Below are positions 12,601 to 26,707 of a stretch of DNA of 64,000 bases, one piece after another. The stretch is from NCBI GenBank assembly GCA_951406725.2, contig OX597823.1:46314001-46378000 (forward strand), in the 5' to 3' direction. This DNA is from Octopus vulgaris (lineage: Eukaryota). The translations under genes and the position numbers were made by a program. Position 1 is the stretch's first letter. Each line of letters starts with the position of its first letter. Under the pieces are notes generated by a model that saw only the letters and a list, made by a program, of their open reading frames with translations, did no database searches and was not told the origin of the DNA.

Positions 12601-15392
12601 ATATATGAATGATGCTATTAATCTTTGCATATAATTTTGTGAGCTATAGAGAAACTCTCTTTGCGGCTATCTAACCTAACAAAAATGGCAGCCAAGCTAC
12701 AGCAACTCATTCTAAGAATTGGTTTAAAATAGTGATTTTTTGGCAACGAAGTTCTAGCCTTATTTAGACAGCTGAGATGGAAGTGACTGGAACGCCTTTA
12801 CTCACAGTTTGTATCTGTAATAAATCCAATTCTTAAAGGCAGCGAGTTGGTAAAATCGCTAGAACGTCGAGCAAAATGCTTTGCAGTAGTTCCTTGGGCT
12901 CTTTAACTTCTGAGTTCAAATTGTGCCGACAGCAACTTTCCTTTTATATTTTCGGGGCCGATGAAATAAAGTACAAGTCAAGTACTTGAATCGATGTAAT
13001 TGACTATCTTTCTCTCCCTAAAACTATTGGCCTTGGGTCAAATTTTTAAAGAATTATGCACCATAATCAGCGCTCTCCGAAAGAAAAACCTTCTGTCTTG
13101 TTTTGTTTTGTTTTTCTTCCAGCTGTGATATTTAATTAACTCAACCCGAATAATCAAACTAAATTAGAATCACGTTTTATAAATTACCACTTGTAAGAAT
13201 AAACTGGGCAATAAATGTTGATTTTAGTATAATCAACATCCCCAGTTTTGTCCTATAACCCCTGATAAACTTTACACATTTCTACATCAATTATTCTGCA
13301 AATCAAAAGTGTCATCTATTAGATAGCATGCAAAGCCTGTAGATAGCAATATGGAGGAGAATCAGCGGGATCTTCGTGTATTGTTGAATAAGTAACAATC
13401 GACCATTAGTTTTAATAAAATAAATATAGCAATACGGCGCCATTCCCATAAAGACAATCCTAGATTGGAGTAACTAAAATTTATGATTAGAGGTAATGAC
13501 CTAAATTGGATAAAATAAAAGTTAACAACCAATAGACCTTTTGGCAACACAATTTAAGAACCTAACCAACGAGGAACCTCTATGGAGTCACTTCTCCGGC
13601 TGTAAGTAATCCCACCCGCACCACCACCACCACCACCAATCACACCTTAAAATGACCACGTTGGACAATGGTGTATTCGCTTATTGCACTTACAAAAACA
13701 CGGAATGGTCACGGTTGGATTACTGTTGATCGTTTGCCTGTTAAATATGTTTTACTTTCTTGACTTCAACGAAACTAGAAAAACAGCTTTAGCGTTTAAT
13801 CAATTTCAGTTCACTTTATTACCTCCATAATTTTGCTTAGCAATCCCCTATTCTAGTAAAAAGAAAAAAAAGGACGAGCACTCTACGATTAACTAAACCC
13901 ATACCCGTAAAATATATTGTTAAAAAATACAACATAAAAACAATTAGTACTTTTTAAAAAAACAACTAATGAGCTGATGCAACAGATCCAACTGATTATA
14001 AATAGAAATAGGTAAAGTGGAAAAGAGAAAGACAATCTAATCGTTAGCAAAAACGGTGATTTTCATGTTATTAGACCTTCTCTGCTACATCGATCAAGGA
14101 AAGGAATATATACGATTATACAACTTACTCCCTGCCGCCAAATTGCGGGACTTGTGCCAAACTTTGAAGCCTGTATATTTCTAATTCAAGGGAAATTTAT
14201 CACAAGTCATGCAATGCTTGGAATCGAGTAGTTTTGTTACGCCTACCATTAATATTCTTTTCCCTATGTTTAAGAAATGTTTAAGAAATGCATGCGAGAC
14301 AAAAACATAGTATGTTATTAGAAAAATATAAGCATTGGTATACATTATAATGTGTTTTTACAGTGGCAAACCAAATTGCTATTTTTATATCATATGACTA
14401 TGATTAGTGTTATAAATGCAATTATGGTCTGGAGTCATTGACTTTTACAGAATATCTGTCACACAAGAAATAATCAACTGTCAGCAACACATTTATATAC
14501 TGAGAGAGAAAAACCTTAACTTCTGACACTTGTAAATGGGTTTATAAACTACATTGCTTTAATTTCGTTTCTTTGCATTTTTATTTCTTTTTGATTTTTG
14601 TAAATTAATTTTCCTGTTGCAACATTATTTCTGCTTTCAACTATTAATTGATCTTATATACAAAGTGCTTTATCGCCTATACCGCAAAGAATCATGGTTG
14701 TACAATAGAATAGTAAAAGCATTTTTAATATTTCCTGTTAAACATTCTTTTAAATATACACGTAATCTCAGCAGGGCAACTCGTTTAAGACCAAAAGCGA
14801 CGTTAAACTACATCAATACTAACTTCGATAGTGTCTTTGGAAATCAATTTTTGTACTACAACTCATACGGTCACCCGTGGTTGCCTCTCTTTCAATATCC
14901 ACTGAATATAGTAAAATATTCAAGAGCAACTGATAGCTTGAAGGGAATAATACTAAGGTCATAGCGATGTGGATCAAAGCTCTGTTCAGAATAAAGTATT
15001 ATCTCCTACTTTTTTAACGAGTGTCAAAATTGAACAGTCGTAACATTGGCATACATGGTTGATTCTAATTCAGACACACATATCTTTTATATATTGGTAT
15101 CTCTGGTGTATGTGAGTGCAGAAACAAACTTGTTGTTCACATGTGCAGAACTGTACGTGCATACCGATTATTTTATAGCCGCGCTTTCAAACACGTCTAT
15201 GCACAGAAATACACATATATGTGCATAGGTATGTATGTATGTATGTATGTATGTATGTATTATGTGTGTGTATACAGAGATCACACGCACACACATCACA
15301 TGCATGATTATGCATGTGCGAGTCTTTGCAAAATCAAAATTCAAGCAAATACAATCTTTGCTGACTCGAGAGAAATAAATACGTACGTCCAC

Positions 15393-15460
15393 GGGCGTAG
15401 TGGTTAAGAGCGCGGACTACTAACCCCAAGATTCCGAGATCGAATCCAGGCAGTGACCTG
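15393..15460 (+). mobile_element. tRNA-derived SINE head (family E) followed by (AAT)n
   Basis: GGGCGTAGTGGTTAAGAGCGCG..GATCGAATCCAGGCAGTGACCTG with A/B-box-like motifs; same head as 20968-21043. Confidence 0.75.
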
Positions 15461-15473
15461 AATAATGATTATG

Positions 15474-15534
<61 letters not shown>

Positions 15535-15542
15535 TAATAATG

Positions 15543-15579
<37 letters not shown>

Positions 15580-16059
15580 GTTTTGTCTTGGTATAAAAGA
15601 TGGGCTACAGCAAATATTCTGCTCAATACCACAGATTTGCTTGTCAGTTGTTTGACCTTAACCAGTTGAGCATGTCCCTTAGTGGCTGACGATATGTGCA
15701 TCTCTGATCACGAGCAGAAGTAGTGGGGGAGCATCATAGCCATGTGTTGAGAGGGATTCTTTGGGGTTTGAATAATTCACCTCTGGAAACATGGGTGGTT
15801 CTTTCAACATCCTTAAACAACCCTTATTCAGGGACCTTTTGAGTGGGAAGGGCTACTCGACCTGAAGAAAATTCTAACTGGGCCCCACCTGCAAGGTCAT
15901 GTGCTGTTTATCTTGATATGAGATCACCATGTCGCGCACATATGGTTGTGATGCATGTGCCTGGTGTACCCTTATCAGACGAGTAGTCATGATGAGTATA
16001 TTGGGCTTCGTATATTTTACCCCAGTGTCACTTTGATGGCATGAACTGCTCTCTCACTC

Positions 16060-16062
<3 letters not shown>
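15580..16062 (+). mobile_element. Family D repeat between (AAT)n runs
   Basis: Reverse complement of 1128-1612; ends ctcaataataat. Confidence 0.85.
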
Positions 16063-16097
<35 letters not shown>

Positions 16098-16107
16098 TAT
16101 TTAAAAA

Positions 16108-16342
16108 GGCGGCGAGCTGGCAGAAACATTAGCACGCCGGGCGAAATGCTTAGCGGTATTTCGTCTGCCGCTACGTTCTGAGTTCAAATTCCGCCGAGGT
16201 CGACTTTGCCTTTCATCCTTTCGGGGTCGACTAAATAAGTGCCAGTTACGCACTGGGATCGATATAATCTACTTAATCTGTTTGTCTGTCCTTGTTTGTC
16301 CTCTCTGAGTGTAGCCCCTTGTGGGTAGTAATAAATAAGAAA
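16108..16342 (+). mobile_element. Full-length SINE family A
   Basis: Matches 4729-4958. Confidence 0.92.
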
Positions 16343-16527
16343 CAAATGCGTATTCATCTTCTATACCTATACCTCTCTGTCTCTCATTCCCTCTCCTATA
16401 CTTTCTCGCTGTTTCACTTACGACCACCTTCTCGGGTTCTCATTTTCTCTGTCCCTATGACCTCCTTGAAATCACTATTTGCCTTTATTTAACAGCTCTC
16501 ATGCGATTCGTATATGTATGTGTCTGT

Positions 16528-16579
<52 letters not shown>

Positions 16580-17266
16580 TTTCTTAACCTCCACCTTGTA
16601 TTTATTTCATCAACTCTAAGTTCAGGAAAGCATATTGGCAATTCCAACACGGTTAGCGGTTCGGCGTAAGTAACGGGTAGAATAAGTACTAGGCTTAATA
16701 AAATGTACTGGGATACATCTGTTCCACTAAAATTCTACAAGGTGGTGCTCCGCTAAGGCCGCTGTCTAATGACCAAAATAATTAAAAGACTAAAGATAAT
16801 TAACAAGTAATTTTTCAAGACTTTTCAAACTCTTCTTCTGGTCACGTAATTTATTGTTTTACAAGAGAATATTAGTTTTAATTTTATTTTCAAAGTACTT
16901 CTTTTTGTTGGAAAATGAAATCTACACACAAAGAGAAGAATGTTTATGCAAATTTCATAGCTTTATTTTCTCAAAGTTTCCACTTTATGTTCACTTAAGG
17001 AAATTTGATGAGAGCCTTTAATAAAACTCTATCATACAACATGTTCCCTAAAAAATTACCCAAACATTCGAACATTTGTAGTGGGGTTTTTTTTGTCATT
17101 TTAATTCGCATTTCCATTTTTAGTGGGTCATCATTTAAGGAAGATTTTGCAGATAATTCTCTCGTGTCGTAAAAGCACGTAGAAAATCGCTCCTTGTTAC
17201 CTCGTCTGTACCGTTGGCGATTTTTTTTCCTCTGTCTTCCCTTCTCTGGATCTTTCTTTCTCTTAT

Positions 17267-17301
17267 GTTTCCGACGAAAAGCTCCGCTCGAAACGTTAAA
17301 C
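17267..17301 (+). ncRNA. Putative minimal hammerhead ribozyme (stem II closing pair mismatched)
   Basis: GUUU CCGACGA A AAGC UCC GCUC GAAA CG UU/AAAC; palindromic ACGU stem III; about 100 bp upstream of (TA)n. Confidence 0.6.
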
Positions 17302-17399
17302 CCTCCTTCTTTCCTTCTTTCCTGAGCGTGCAATAATACTATATTTGTTCCACGTTCTCGCGTTGTTGTGTTTTTTTGTGTTTTCTTGTTTGGATTAAC

Positions 17400-17436
<37 letters not shown>

Positions 17437-17479
17437 TTATGTATGTATGTGTGTGTGTATATTATAACTATATATCTAT

Positions 17480-18080
17480 GTGTGTGTCTTTGTATCTGTG
17501 TATGTCTTCTCCATCACCGCTTCACAATCGGTCTTGGTGGATTTACGTTCCTGTTATATAGCGGTTCGTCAAAAGTAACTGATAGGATAAGTACTAGGTT
17601 TAAAAATAAGTCCTGATGTTGATTTGTTGGGCTAAAACCCTATAAGGCGGTACTCCAGCATGACCGCTGTCAATTGACTGAAACACGTAAAAGAATAGAA
17701 GAATAAAAGTATATATATACACTGATAGATAGATGAATTCTTTAGTTCCTTTATGAACACACTAATTTTAGTAAACATGTGTGTGCGTGTGTGCGTTCGT
17801 GTGTGCGTTCGTGTGTGTGTGCGTGTGTGTGTGGATGTGGATGTGTGTGTATATAAGTGTGTGTTTATATGTCTCTGTGATTGTATTTGTCTTACATTAG
17901 CCATTTGTTTTTTTTTATTTCCCGATAACTTAGCACTTCGGCAAAAGAGACCAATAGAATAAGTACCCGACTTAAAATTTAAAAAAAAAACTGTGGTCGA
18001 CTTGATTTATTAAACCGTTGAAGGTGGTGCTCCAGCATGGTCTCAGTCCTATAACTGAAGTTAGTAAAAAGTAAAAGATA
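17480..18080 (+). mobile_element. Two SINE family B 3' tails (17480-17705, 17925-18080)
   Basis: cggttcg..aaaag..gatag.ataagtac..ggtgctccagcatg..actgaa motifs. Confidence 0.8.
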
Positions 18081-18094
18081 AGATGTGTAATCAA

Positions 18095-18500
18095 TAGAAG
18101 GTACTGGAGGGGTTGGCACCAAATTTTGGCATCGAGAGCTATACAAGTCCCCGAACTAGATGTCACTGCACTTTTCCAAAGGTCCCGGTCATCGCGTGTA
18201 GACTGAGGATCATGAACTGCAATAGCCTGGGATTCGAGGGTCCATGGTTACTTAATATCTTGTCAAAACATTTGAGATATCTACATGGAATAAGTGTAGA
18301 TGTTTTCAAGAAACAATTTGACATCCTGCTTTCCAAGGTCCCTGATGAACCTACATCACGGCAAGAATCTCAAAAGAGAGCAGCAATGTTGAACTCTCTC
18401 CTTCATCAAAAGACAATCACAAAAGTAAATATTTAAAAGGTGATAACACTAGCAGTGCTCCAGCATGGCCACAGCCTTTGAACTGAAACGCATAAAAAGT
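18095..18500 (+). mobile_element. 3' fragment of a CR1/L2-group LINE (ORF2 C-terminus plus putative 3' UTR)
   Basis: ORF 18113-18436 reads ..NSLGFEGPWLLNILSKHLR..VDVFKKQFDILLSKVPDEP..RAAMLNSL, like the CR1-group C-terminal pattern WNxLP..FKxxLD. Confidence 0.7.
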
Positions 18501-19257
18501 ATCGGAAGAAAGGATTTACATTGATGAAGTGCTTATTGAATCGAATACGCAATCTAGTTTCAATTCTAGTTAAAACCATTATTTTCTTCCAAGTCATGTA
18601 TTAGAAAAGAATTTAAATTTTATTCGAACATACTTTAAGCAATGACACTTCTGTTGAAAAACTAGCAATCTTGTAGTTCCATTATTGTGGTCCTGGAGAG
18701 TGCAGAACCTTGTCCGTGATTTGGAAGAGTAAACTGTTTTGATAAATACATACCACAAGATTTGAAGGCAAAGCAAGGCTAGTCTGATAGACAAGTTATA
18801 TAACATTAAGCTACTCTTAAGCATGTGAATGGAGAAATTTATTTAAAACTATTTACTGCTAATTTATCTTTGGTAACTTTCTTTGAAAGCGAATTGAATG
18901 AAATTGTTGTAAAAGAATAATAATATTCTGATGATTAAGAAACTTTCAAGAACTTAATATTTGGCATAGTTTCTAGCTAGAAGGCAGAAAAATATCTGTT
19001 AGTGTTCTATAGAATAAGGATTAAAAGTCTATGCATTTCGCCCTTCATGTATGTGTGTGTGTGCGTGTGTATGTATGTGCCTTTGTGCGTGTGTATGTGT
19101 GTGTTTTGTGTGTGTATGTATGCATGTATTTATGCATGTATGTATTATGTATGTATATGTATTTATACATATACATAAGCGTATACAGCAAAAGAGATAT
19201 ATGTGCAAATGTATGTATGTATGCATATAATTAAGCATGTATGTATGTGCATGTATG

Positions 19258-19295
<38 letters not shown>

Positions 19296-19392
19296 AGTAA
19301 GTAGGTATGTATACATAAATAAATATGCATGCATACATACATACTTTATGTAAATGTATGTAAATAGGTATGTATATTATTCGTATGTATGC

Positions 19393-19444
<52 letters not shown>

Positions 19445-19630
19445 ATGTATATATATATATACATGTGTGTGTGTATATACATATGCGTGTATGCATGTAT
19501 GTAATGTATGTATGTATGTATGTTTGTATGTACGAGGAAATGCTGAGATGTTTCTGGCTTTCAATAAAGGAAAATACAGGAGGATCGGTAATTATGATTT
19601 TATCCAACATATTCCCGCTCACATTCACAT

Positions 19631-20780
19631 ACAGGGTGAGACAAAGAGGATGGACATTTTTGAAAAGTTCGCAAAATCATTAATTTTAGCTGCATACAAA
19701 TTTTATTGACATCAAGGTGTTTGTACTGAATTAGCATTTGTCGAAATTAAGTGTGGAAAGCAACCTCCATCATTTGGTATCCGTTTTCATTAATGCATTT
19801 CTGAAGGCGTTTTTGGAAGTTGGCCTTCACCCTCTCCAGCAACGCTCTATTGTGTTGGGCAACTTCTACGCGACTAGCTTCCTTTAGATCGTCCAATGTA
19901 CTGGGCTTCTGAGCACACACACGTGCCTTGAGATTTCCCCATAAGAAATAATCACACATGGACAAATCAGAGGAGCGGGTGGGGGCTCAAGGAATCTCAG
20001 TAAATCTGGAAAAGAGGCGGTCACTGAAGAAAGGGCGAAGAACGTCCATTGATGCTTTGGCTGAGTGAGCCGTTGTCCCATCCTGTTGAAACCACACACA
20101 TCAAACAGGCAAACGTTTTCGTTGTAATTCAGGCACAAAAAAGTTGTTTATCATCTCAATGCAACGCTCGGGGTTCACAGTAACAATATTTCATATTTCC
20201 AATATTGTCTTCAAAAAAGTAAAGACCAATGACGGCAGCTTTTCCAACAAAATGTCAGACTTTCACTTTTGAGCTATTCAGTGGTCTTCCGTGCAATTCT
20301 CTCGGATTTTCAAGAGCCCAATAGCGACAGTTCTGTTGATTCACCATGCCATTGAGATGAAAACAGGTTTCATAACTCATTAACAGAATGAGGTTGTCAT
20401 TTTCCTCAAAAATTAGTTCCATCTGACGTACGAAGATGAGCCGCTCTGCATAGTCCCGTGGTTTCAACTGTTGTCCAATGACCAATTTGTACGGGTGGAA
20501 ATGCAGGTCTTCATGCAAAATACGCCTTTCTGATCAATTACTGATACCAAGTTCAGCGGAATGCCTCCGAGCAGAGTGATTCAGACAGCGTATCAAAGCA
20601 TTCCACATTTTCCGGGGTCCGTACCGTTCGTGGCGCCCACCGGTCTCCTATTCAATAGTGTACCTCGTGTACGAAATGCATTCACCCAACTGAAGATTTT
20701 GTTACAGGTGGGAACAGCCTGATTTCGATGAATGTTGAAGTGGCGCCGAAACTCACGCTGAACTGCTGTGACAGGCTGGT
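19631..20780 (-). mobile_element. Decayed Tc1/mariner-superfamily transposon (DUF4817-type HTH plus DDD transposase), 5' end lost
   Basis: Minus-strand fragments: VTAVQREFRRHFNI..WVNAFRTRG; SYETCFHLNGMVNQQNCRYW..ENP; VWFQQDG; RSSDLSMCDYFLWGNLK..RLQKCINENG; terminus TA|CAGGGTG at 19630. Confidence 0.88.
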
Positions 20781-20786
20781 TATTCC

Positions 20787-21043
20787 TATTATTTACATTA
20801 TTTACATTTGACAGAAATTTGCCCTCATCTTGTTTGTTGTTAACACAACGTTTCGGCTAATATACCCTCCTGCCTTCATCAGGTACCTTTGGAAAATTTT
20901 GAACCTGGGTTCTCATTCCTAAGGTATTTTTCGATGTTATTATTATTATTATCATTATTATTATTATTCAGGTCAATGCCTGGAATCGAAGTTGGAATCT
21001 TGGGGCTAGTAACCCACGTACTTAACCCCTACGCCATATGCCC
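20787..21043 (-). mobile_element. tRNA-headed SINE-like element (family E): Pol III head, (AAT)n, then hammerhead-containing tail
   Basis: Minus: GGGCATATGGCGTAGGGGTTAAG..CTTCGATTCCAGGC..GACCTG(AAT)n..CTGATGA..GAAAC..; ends in a TGTAAATAA repeat; partial inverted head copy at 21044-21090. Confidence 0.72.
20843..20886 (-). ncRNA. Putative minimal type I hammerhead ribozyme with canonical core
   Basis: Minus: GUAC CUGAUGA A GGC(14 nt)GCC GAAA CG UU/GUGU; stem I 4 bp with two G-U pairs; palindromic ACGU stem III. Confidence 0.75.
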
Positions 21044-21084
21044 GCTTTTAACCCCAAGATTCCGAATTCGATTCCAGGCTGTGA

Positions 21085-21527
<443 letters not shown>

Positions 21528-21559
21528 TATACATGTATATATGTATATGTGTATATGTA

Positions 21560-21825
21560 GGCATTTCGGGCTCAGCTGATAGTACCCGGTATGGGCCCCT
21601 ATCCAGGGTTACGGAAAGGCGACAAATCCGGAATGGAGCCCCGTAGGCGGTTTAGTGTTCCACTCGACACACTTCCGGCAGCTCCTGCAACCAAACTGGT
21701 GCCAAACGTAATGCTCTGCACTCCTTTGGACTATGTCAGCAAGGTCGAGAGAGGAATCCTGACGATTGGGTTACCCAGGATTTTCTTACATCTAGCCTAG
21801 GCCTGCGCAAAACTGGAGAGGACAT
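21560..21825. other. GC-richer structured segment, possibly a LINE 5' UTR fragment
   Basis: Compositional shift; short stem gttac/gcgac and flanking ccgg/ccgg; no second copy in the window. Confidence 0.25.
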
Positions 21826-23342
21826 GAAATGTAAAAACCAAGACTGGATTAGTTTATGCGCAACTCCATTGTCTCCCGAGACAAAAGGGTACCAACAACA
21901 TACATGCGCATATGTTCTATAAAACACTAATAAAACTAAGGCTATATGACTATATTTGTGTGTTTGTATGGATCACTACTGTTCAATAAAGGATTAATAT
22001 CCTTATATTCCAGCTTTGGACCTAACATCTATCATTAAATTTCAAAATGTGAAACGTAAGGTTGCTAAAAAATTAAACAGTGCGCTCATCACTTACACGA
22101 ATTGTAACTTCTCTCTTTTGTCCCCTGTTTTCGAAAATTCATCAGTTCGAAAGCAGATGGAACAGGGCTTTAGTTATGTAAGTGGGGAATTTGATTCATG
22201 ATGTAGATTCTACAGAACGTTTCTATTACGATCAAGGTTTTAATATGAGCTGATGTTTTATTGGCAGAAGAGGGAAATGTGACGGAATTGAATGTGAGAA
22301 CAATAGTGAAAAGCAAGCGACATGAATGTCAAAGTGTCAGGATAGAATGCGACACAGAATTCTTAGGAATACCTTGTTATACCTTATTAAATTTAGTATA
22401 AAACTACTTTTCTAGTAAAATGGATTTGTGGTATACATTCCTTGAAACAAACTTTAGGAGACGTAAGTTTATACCTAACTATCAGATGCACTGTATACAC
22501 CCTGATGAACGTGCACATACGTGCACGCACGCACAGACAAAAACACACACACACACACACACACTCACACACACACACACACACACGCACACACTCACAA
22601 GATGAACTAACAAAGACAAAAAAAAACAGAATACAGTGAAGTAACATCTAAGCAAAGTCGTAATTTTGAATACACATCAAACAAAGGGATATATAATTAA
22701 ATAAATATGTGACTAAATGAATAGATAAAGATATATGGGAATTAATGAAAGATCCAAAATAAAAATACCAGAGTAGTTAAGCTTATCTTTGCAAAACATA
22801 ACCCACACCTTTTGATATATATTTCAATGAACGAACGATAGATTTCTTCTAGCAAAAATGTGTTTTTGTGTTCAATATCAATTTTACGATGTCGCATCTT
22901 TGTTTAATCTTTTTCGAAAAGAAATCTCTATGTAAAAGGCATACATGCGTATCTCAAATAAAAATGCATGCATACATATATAGACATGTACACATACATA
23001 CATGCATACAAAGATATACATATACATACATATATATATTCATACATATATATGTATATATATGCGTGTGTGTGTATGTGTGTGTGTGTGTATACATATA
23101 TGCATACATATATACATGTAAATATAAATATACTTATGTGTTTACGTGTGTGTGTATATATATATATATATATGTATGTATGTAAGTATATATATATGTA
23201 TATACACATATATAATATAACGTCATATTATATACATACATATATATATGCACACACATATATATATATATTCATAAATATATTTATGCAAAGAAACATA
23301 AATACATAAATACATATGACATATGTACGTTAGTGTGTGCGC

Positions 23343-23395
<53 letters not shown>

Positions 23396-23680
23396 CGTAT
23401 ATACATAAACATATACACCCTCATACTCGCACATAGAAACCAAACTCACATTCACACACGCGCACTCAAACGTATGCACACACCTGCATATACTTAATTT
23501 CATAAATATACATATACAATATATGTGTACGTTTGCGAGTATGCAAGATTGTGCACGTATGGTGGATATCGATGTAAGTCTGGCTGCGCAAATAGATAGA
23601 TAGATAGATAGATAGATACATACATACATACATACATACATACATACATACATACAATCATACATACATACATACATACA

Positions 23681-23713
<33 letters not shown>

Positions 23714-24157
23714 GCATGCATACATACAAAGAGTGACCGTATATCACAGAGAGAACTGTAAATACGTGTTGAAGCATGTATTTATTTGCACTTCGTATGT
23801 GAGATTGAAACATTATAAGTCTAAATCAAACATTCTGAGTGACTTCTCAAATAGCTTTGATATAAAAACTAAGGTGAAAGGATTAACGATGTCAGATTAT
23901 TATAGTTGTTAAGCTGTTAGCATTAAAGCCGAGATAAAGCCTGTTCAATCACATTTTCTCGATGATTTTCAATTCTGATTATTAGAACAGACACTAAAAA
24001 TACGATGAAACGATTTCTAAGAACAACTAAAATTTTATTGTGCTAAATTCATACTAAATTCACCTTGTTTCCAACTCTATATCGCTTATAGCTAGCTGTA
24101 CAGTGGGACGTTTCTACGAAGCGAATGTGACGATGACAGGTTCGAATGCTTATTCTA

Positions 24158-25438
24158 TTGGGTTGGTAACTAAGTCCCCGCCCTTTTTTTAAAATTTTTG
24201 GAATTTATTGCGTTTTTAAATTTTGGAATATATTATTTTTCGAGAATTCTATTTTTGAATCATTTTAGAATTTTTTTTTCTAGTTACTTTTAGTTAACTT
24301 TTGTTTATTATTACATCATTAAAATGGAATGTCAAGTTAAGAAAAACAAGCATTTTCGACACCTCCTTTTTGCTTTTAATCAAGGTTCTAAGGCCGCAAA
24401 AAACTGCCTGCGACATTTGTGCTGTGTATGGAGAGGGTGTCATAGATGAAAGAACCGCTTGTGATGGGTATACGAAGTTCAAAAATAGAAATTTTGACAT
24501 TAAAGACGCGCCTCATTCTGGCCGTCCAGTTGAGTTCGATGAAGAGCGATTAAACCAAATTTTGCACGAAAATTCTCGTCATACGACAAGGGAACTGGCA
24601 GAGAAAATGGAATGCTCCCACACTGTTATAGAGAAGCATCTTCATTCGATGGGTAAGGTTCAGAAGTATAGAGCATGGGTTCTTCATGCTTTATGTGACA
24701 ACAACAAAAATTAACGAGCTACAATCTCCGCTGGTTTGCTTGCTGGTCACCGCTCAACTCACGGACACAAGCACCGATTTCTTTACCGAATCGTTACCGG
24801 CTACGAAAATGGTGCCTGTACATCAATATGAAGCAGCGTAAGGAATGGCTTAGCCGAGAAACAAGCGACACCGCGCGTGAAACAAGACCTTCATCCGCGT
24901 AAAACGATGTTGCGCGTATGGTGGGACTGGGAAGGGATTATCCATTATGAATTACTTGAACAGAACCAAACGGTCAATGTGGAACTCTATGTTCAACAGA
25001 TGGAACAACTCAACACGGCTATTCAAGAGAATAGACCTAATCGTCAGTATGGAGTTCTTCAGCTGCACGACAACGCCCCACCCGCCCTCATATCGCCAAT
25101 ATGACCAAGGAAGCCATTCAAACGCATGGCTGGGAACTGCTGCCGCACCCGCCGTACTCTCCTGATTTGGCACCAACGGATTTCCATCTCTTTCAATCTC
25201 TTTCAAATGCTATGCACGGAGTTTCGTTCAATATTGATTCAGAATTCAGAGCTTGGTTGGATCAAGTTTTCGAGTTGAAATCGGGTGATTTCTATCAACG
25301 AGGTATTGAAAATCTTGTTCAACGTTGGGAAGAAGTTGTGAACAACAAGGGTGAATACATTATTGTAGTTATTTTTTTATTAAACCTTTAAAAAAATTAA
25401 AATGTTAAAAAATGGCAGTAACTTAGTTGCCAACCCAA
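24158..25438 (+). mobile_element. Full-length mariner transposon (1281 bp) with TIRs and TA target duplication
   Basis: Left TA|TTGGGTTGGTAACTAAGT..GCC and right GGC..ACTTAGTTGCCAACCCAA|TA; size typical of mariner. Confidence 0.96.
24323..25391 (+). pseudogene. Mariner (DD34D-type) transposase, frameshifted with an in-frame stop
   Basis: Motifs HSGRPVEFD, WVLHAL (WVPHEL-like), TGYE (TGDE-like), VWWDWEGIIHYELL, LHDNA and HPPYSPDLAPTDFHLF split over ORFs 24301-24714, 24877-25104 and 25101-25391. Confidence 0.94.
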
Positions 25439-26707
25439 TACTTTGTTGCAGACAAACTGAAGAGAAACTGATACAGTTTTCATTGTCAGGCATTTTGAAA
25501 ATCACACTTATATATTCAACCTTAAATTGCGGTCAACAGGATCTTTCCTTTCCTTTATATTCTACATTAAAATGTTATTCAGACGATCTAATTTGCTTTT
25601 GGAAGTTAACAGATTGGTAATTTGCTTTCAATATATAGCTTTGATTAGATTTCAAGCTTCGTTGAAAATAACTTCCTGAAACTTAGAATTAATAATTGGT
25701 TGAAGAATGAGCATTTTCTTTTTGTGTGTGTTTACTATTTATTGTTGGTGTTATTGTTACTGTTGACGACCATGCTGAGAATGATAGGTTAGTTAGTCTC
25801 GTTGGCTATAACGTTGAAGATGCTAAAACTGTTGTTGTTGTTGTTGTTGTTGTTATTGGTATTGTTGTTGTTGACATTATGTTTGTGAAACTAGTGGTAG
25901 TAGAGGGACGGCAAAATAGATTGTTAATGAGGTGATAATGTAATTAGGTCGTAAGCTCATCTAATCCACTCATTATTTTAAATGTATATGATTTCCTTTG
26001 TTTCGGGTTGAAAATTACTGATATGATTAGTAATTAAAATCATATGCTAGACAGAACCATAACACATCATTTCATCTACAATTACTCATTTCAAACAGAA
26101 GTAAAATTTCATAAATGTATAATGTGCCCTCTTTCATTTCATTAATCTTAGTATATCCTAAATAATAGTCGACATACTTAAAACATCGTCTGTTATTCTT
26201 TAGGCTTGAATTCAGCAAAGATATCAATATATTTGTACGATTGTAATTTCGTATCAGGAAATATATATCCTATTGTCTTAGCTATGTTCACACAAATGCT
26301 ATGCAATTATTTGATATAAGCATCTTCACACTTGTTATAATTTTCTAATTCTTTAAAGTCTGATTGTCTCAAACTTCCTTTATTTTCTTTTTAGCGGGGT
26401 GGGGGTAGGGGATTTGGACGATCACACAAATACACAAACAGACAGAAGTACATATATGCACATACTACGAGAGAGTACAAGATGTCTGGAAGAACTCAGT
26501 ACGTGTAGTAGGAGGTATTTTAAACCAAACGCCTAAGGAGTCACAGGCTGCACTGATTGATGCAAAAAAATTAGATGCACAATATCCTATCTGTAAAGGA
26601 CAGCTGCCAGATGGGTCGAAATGATCGTCACTTTGAATAAAGATTCATACCAAATCCACATTCCTTTTCCCCTCATTAAATATATTCTTTTATTCCTATA
26701 CTTTTGA

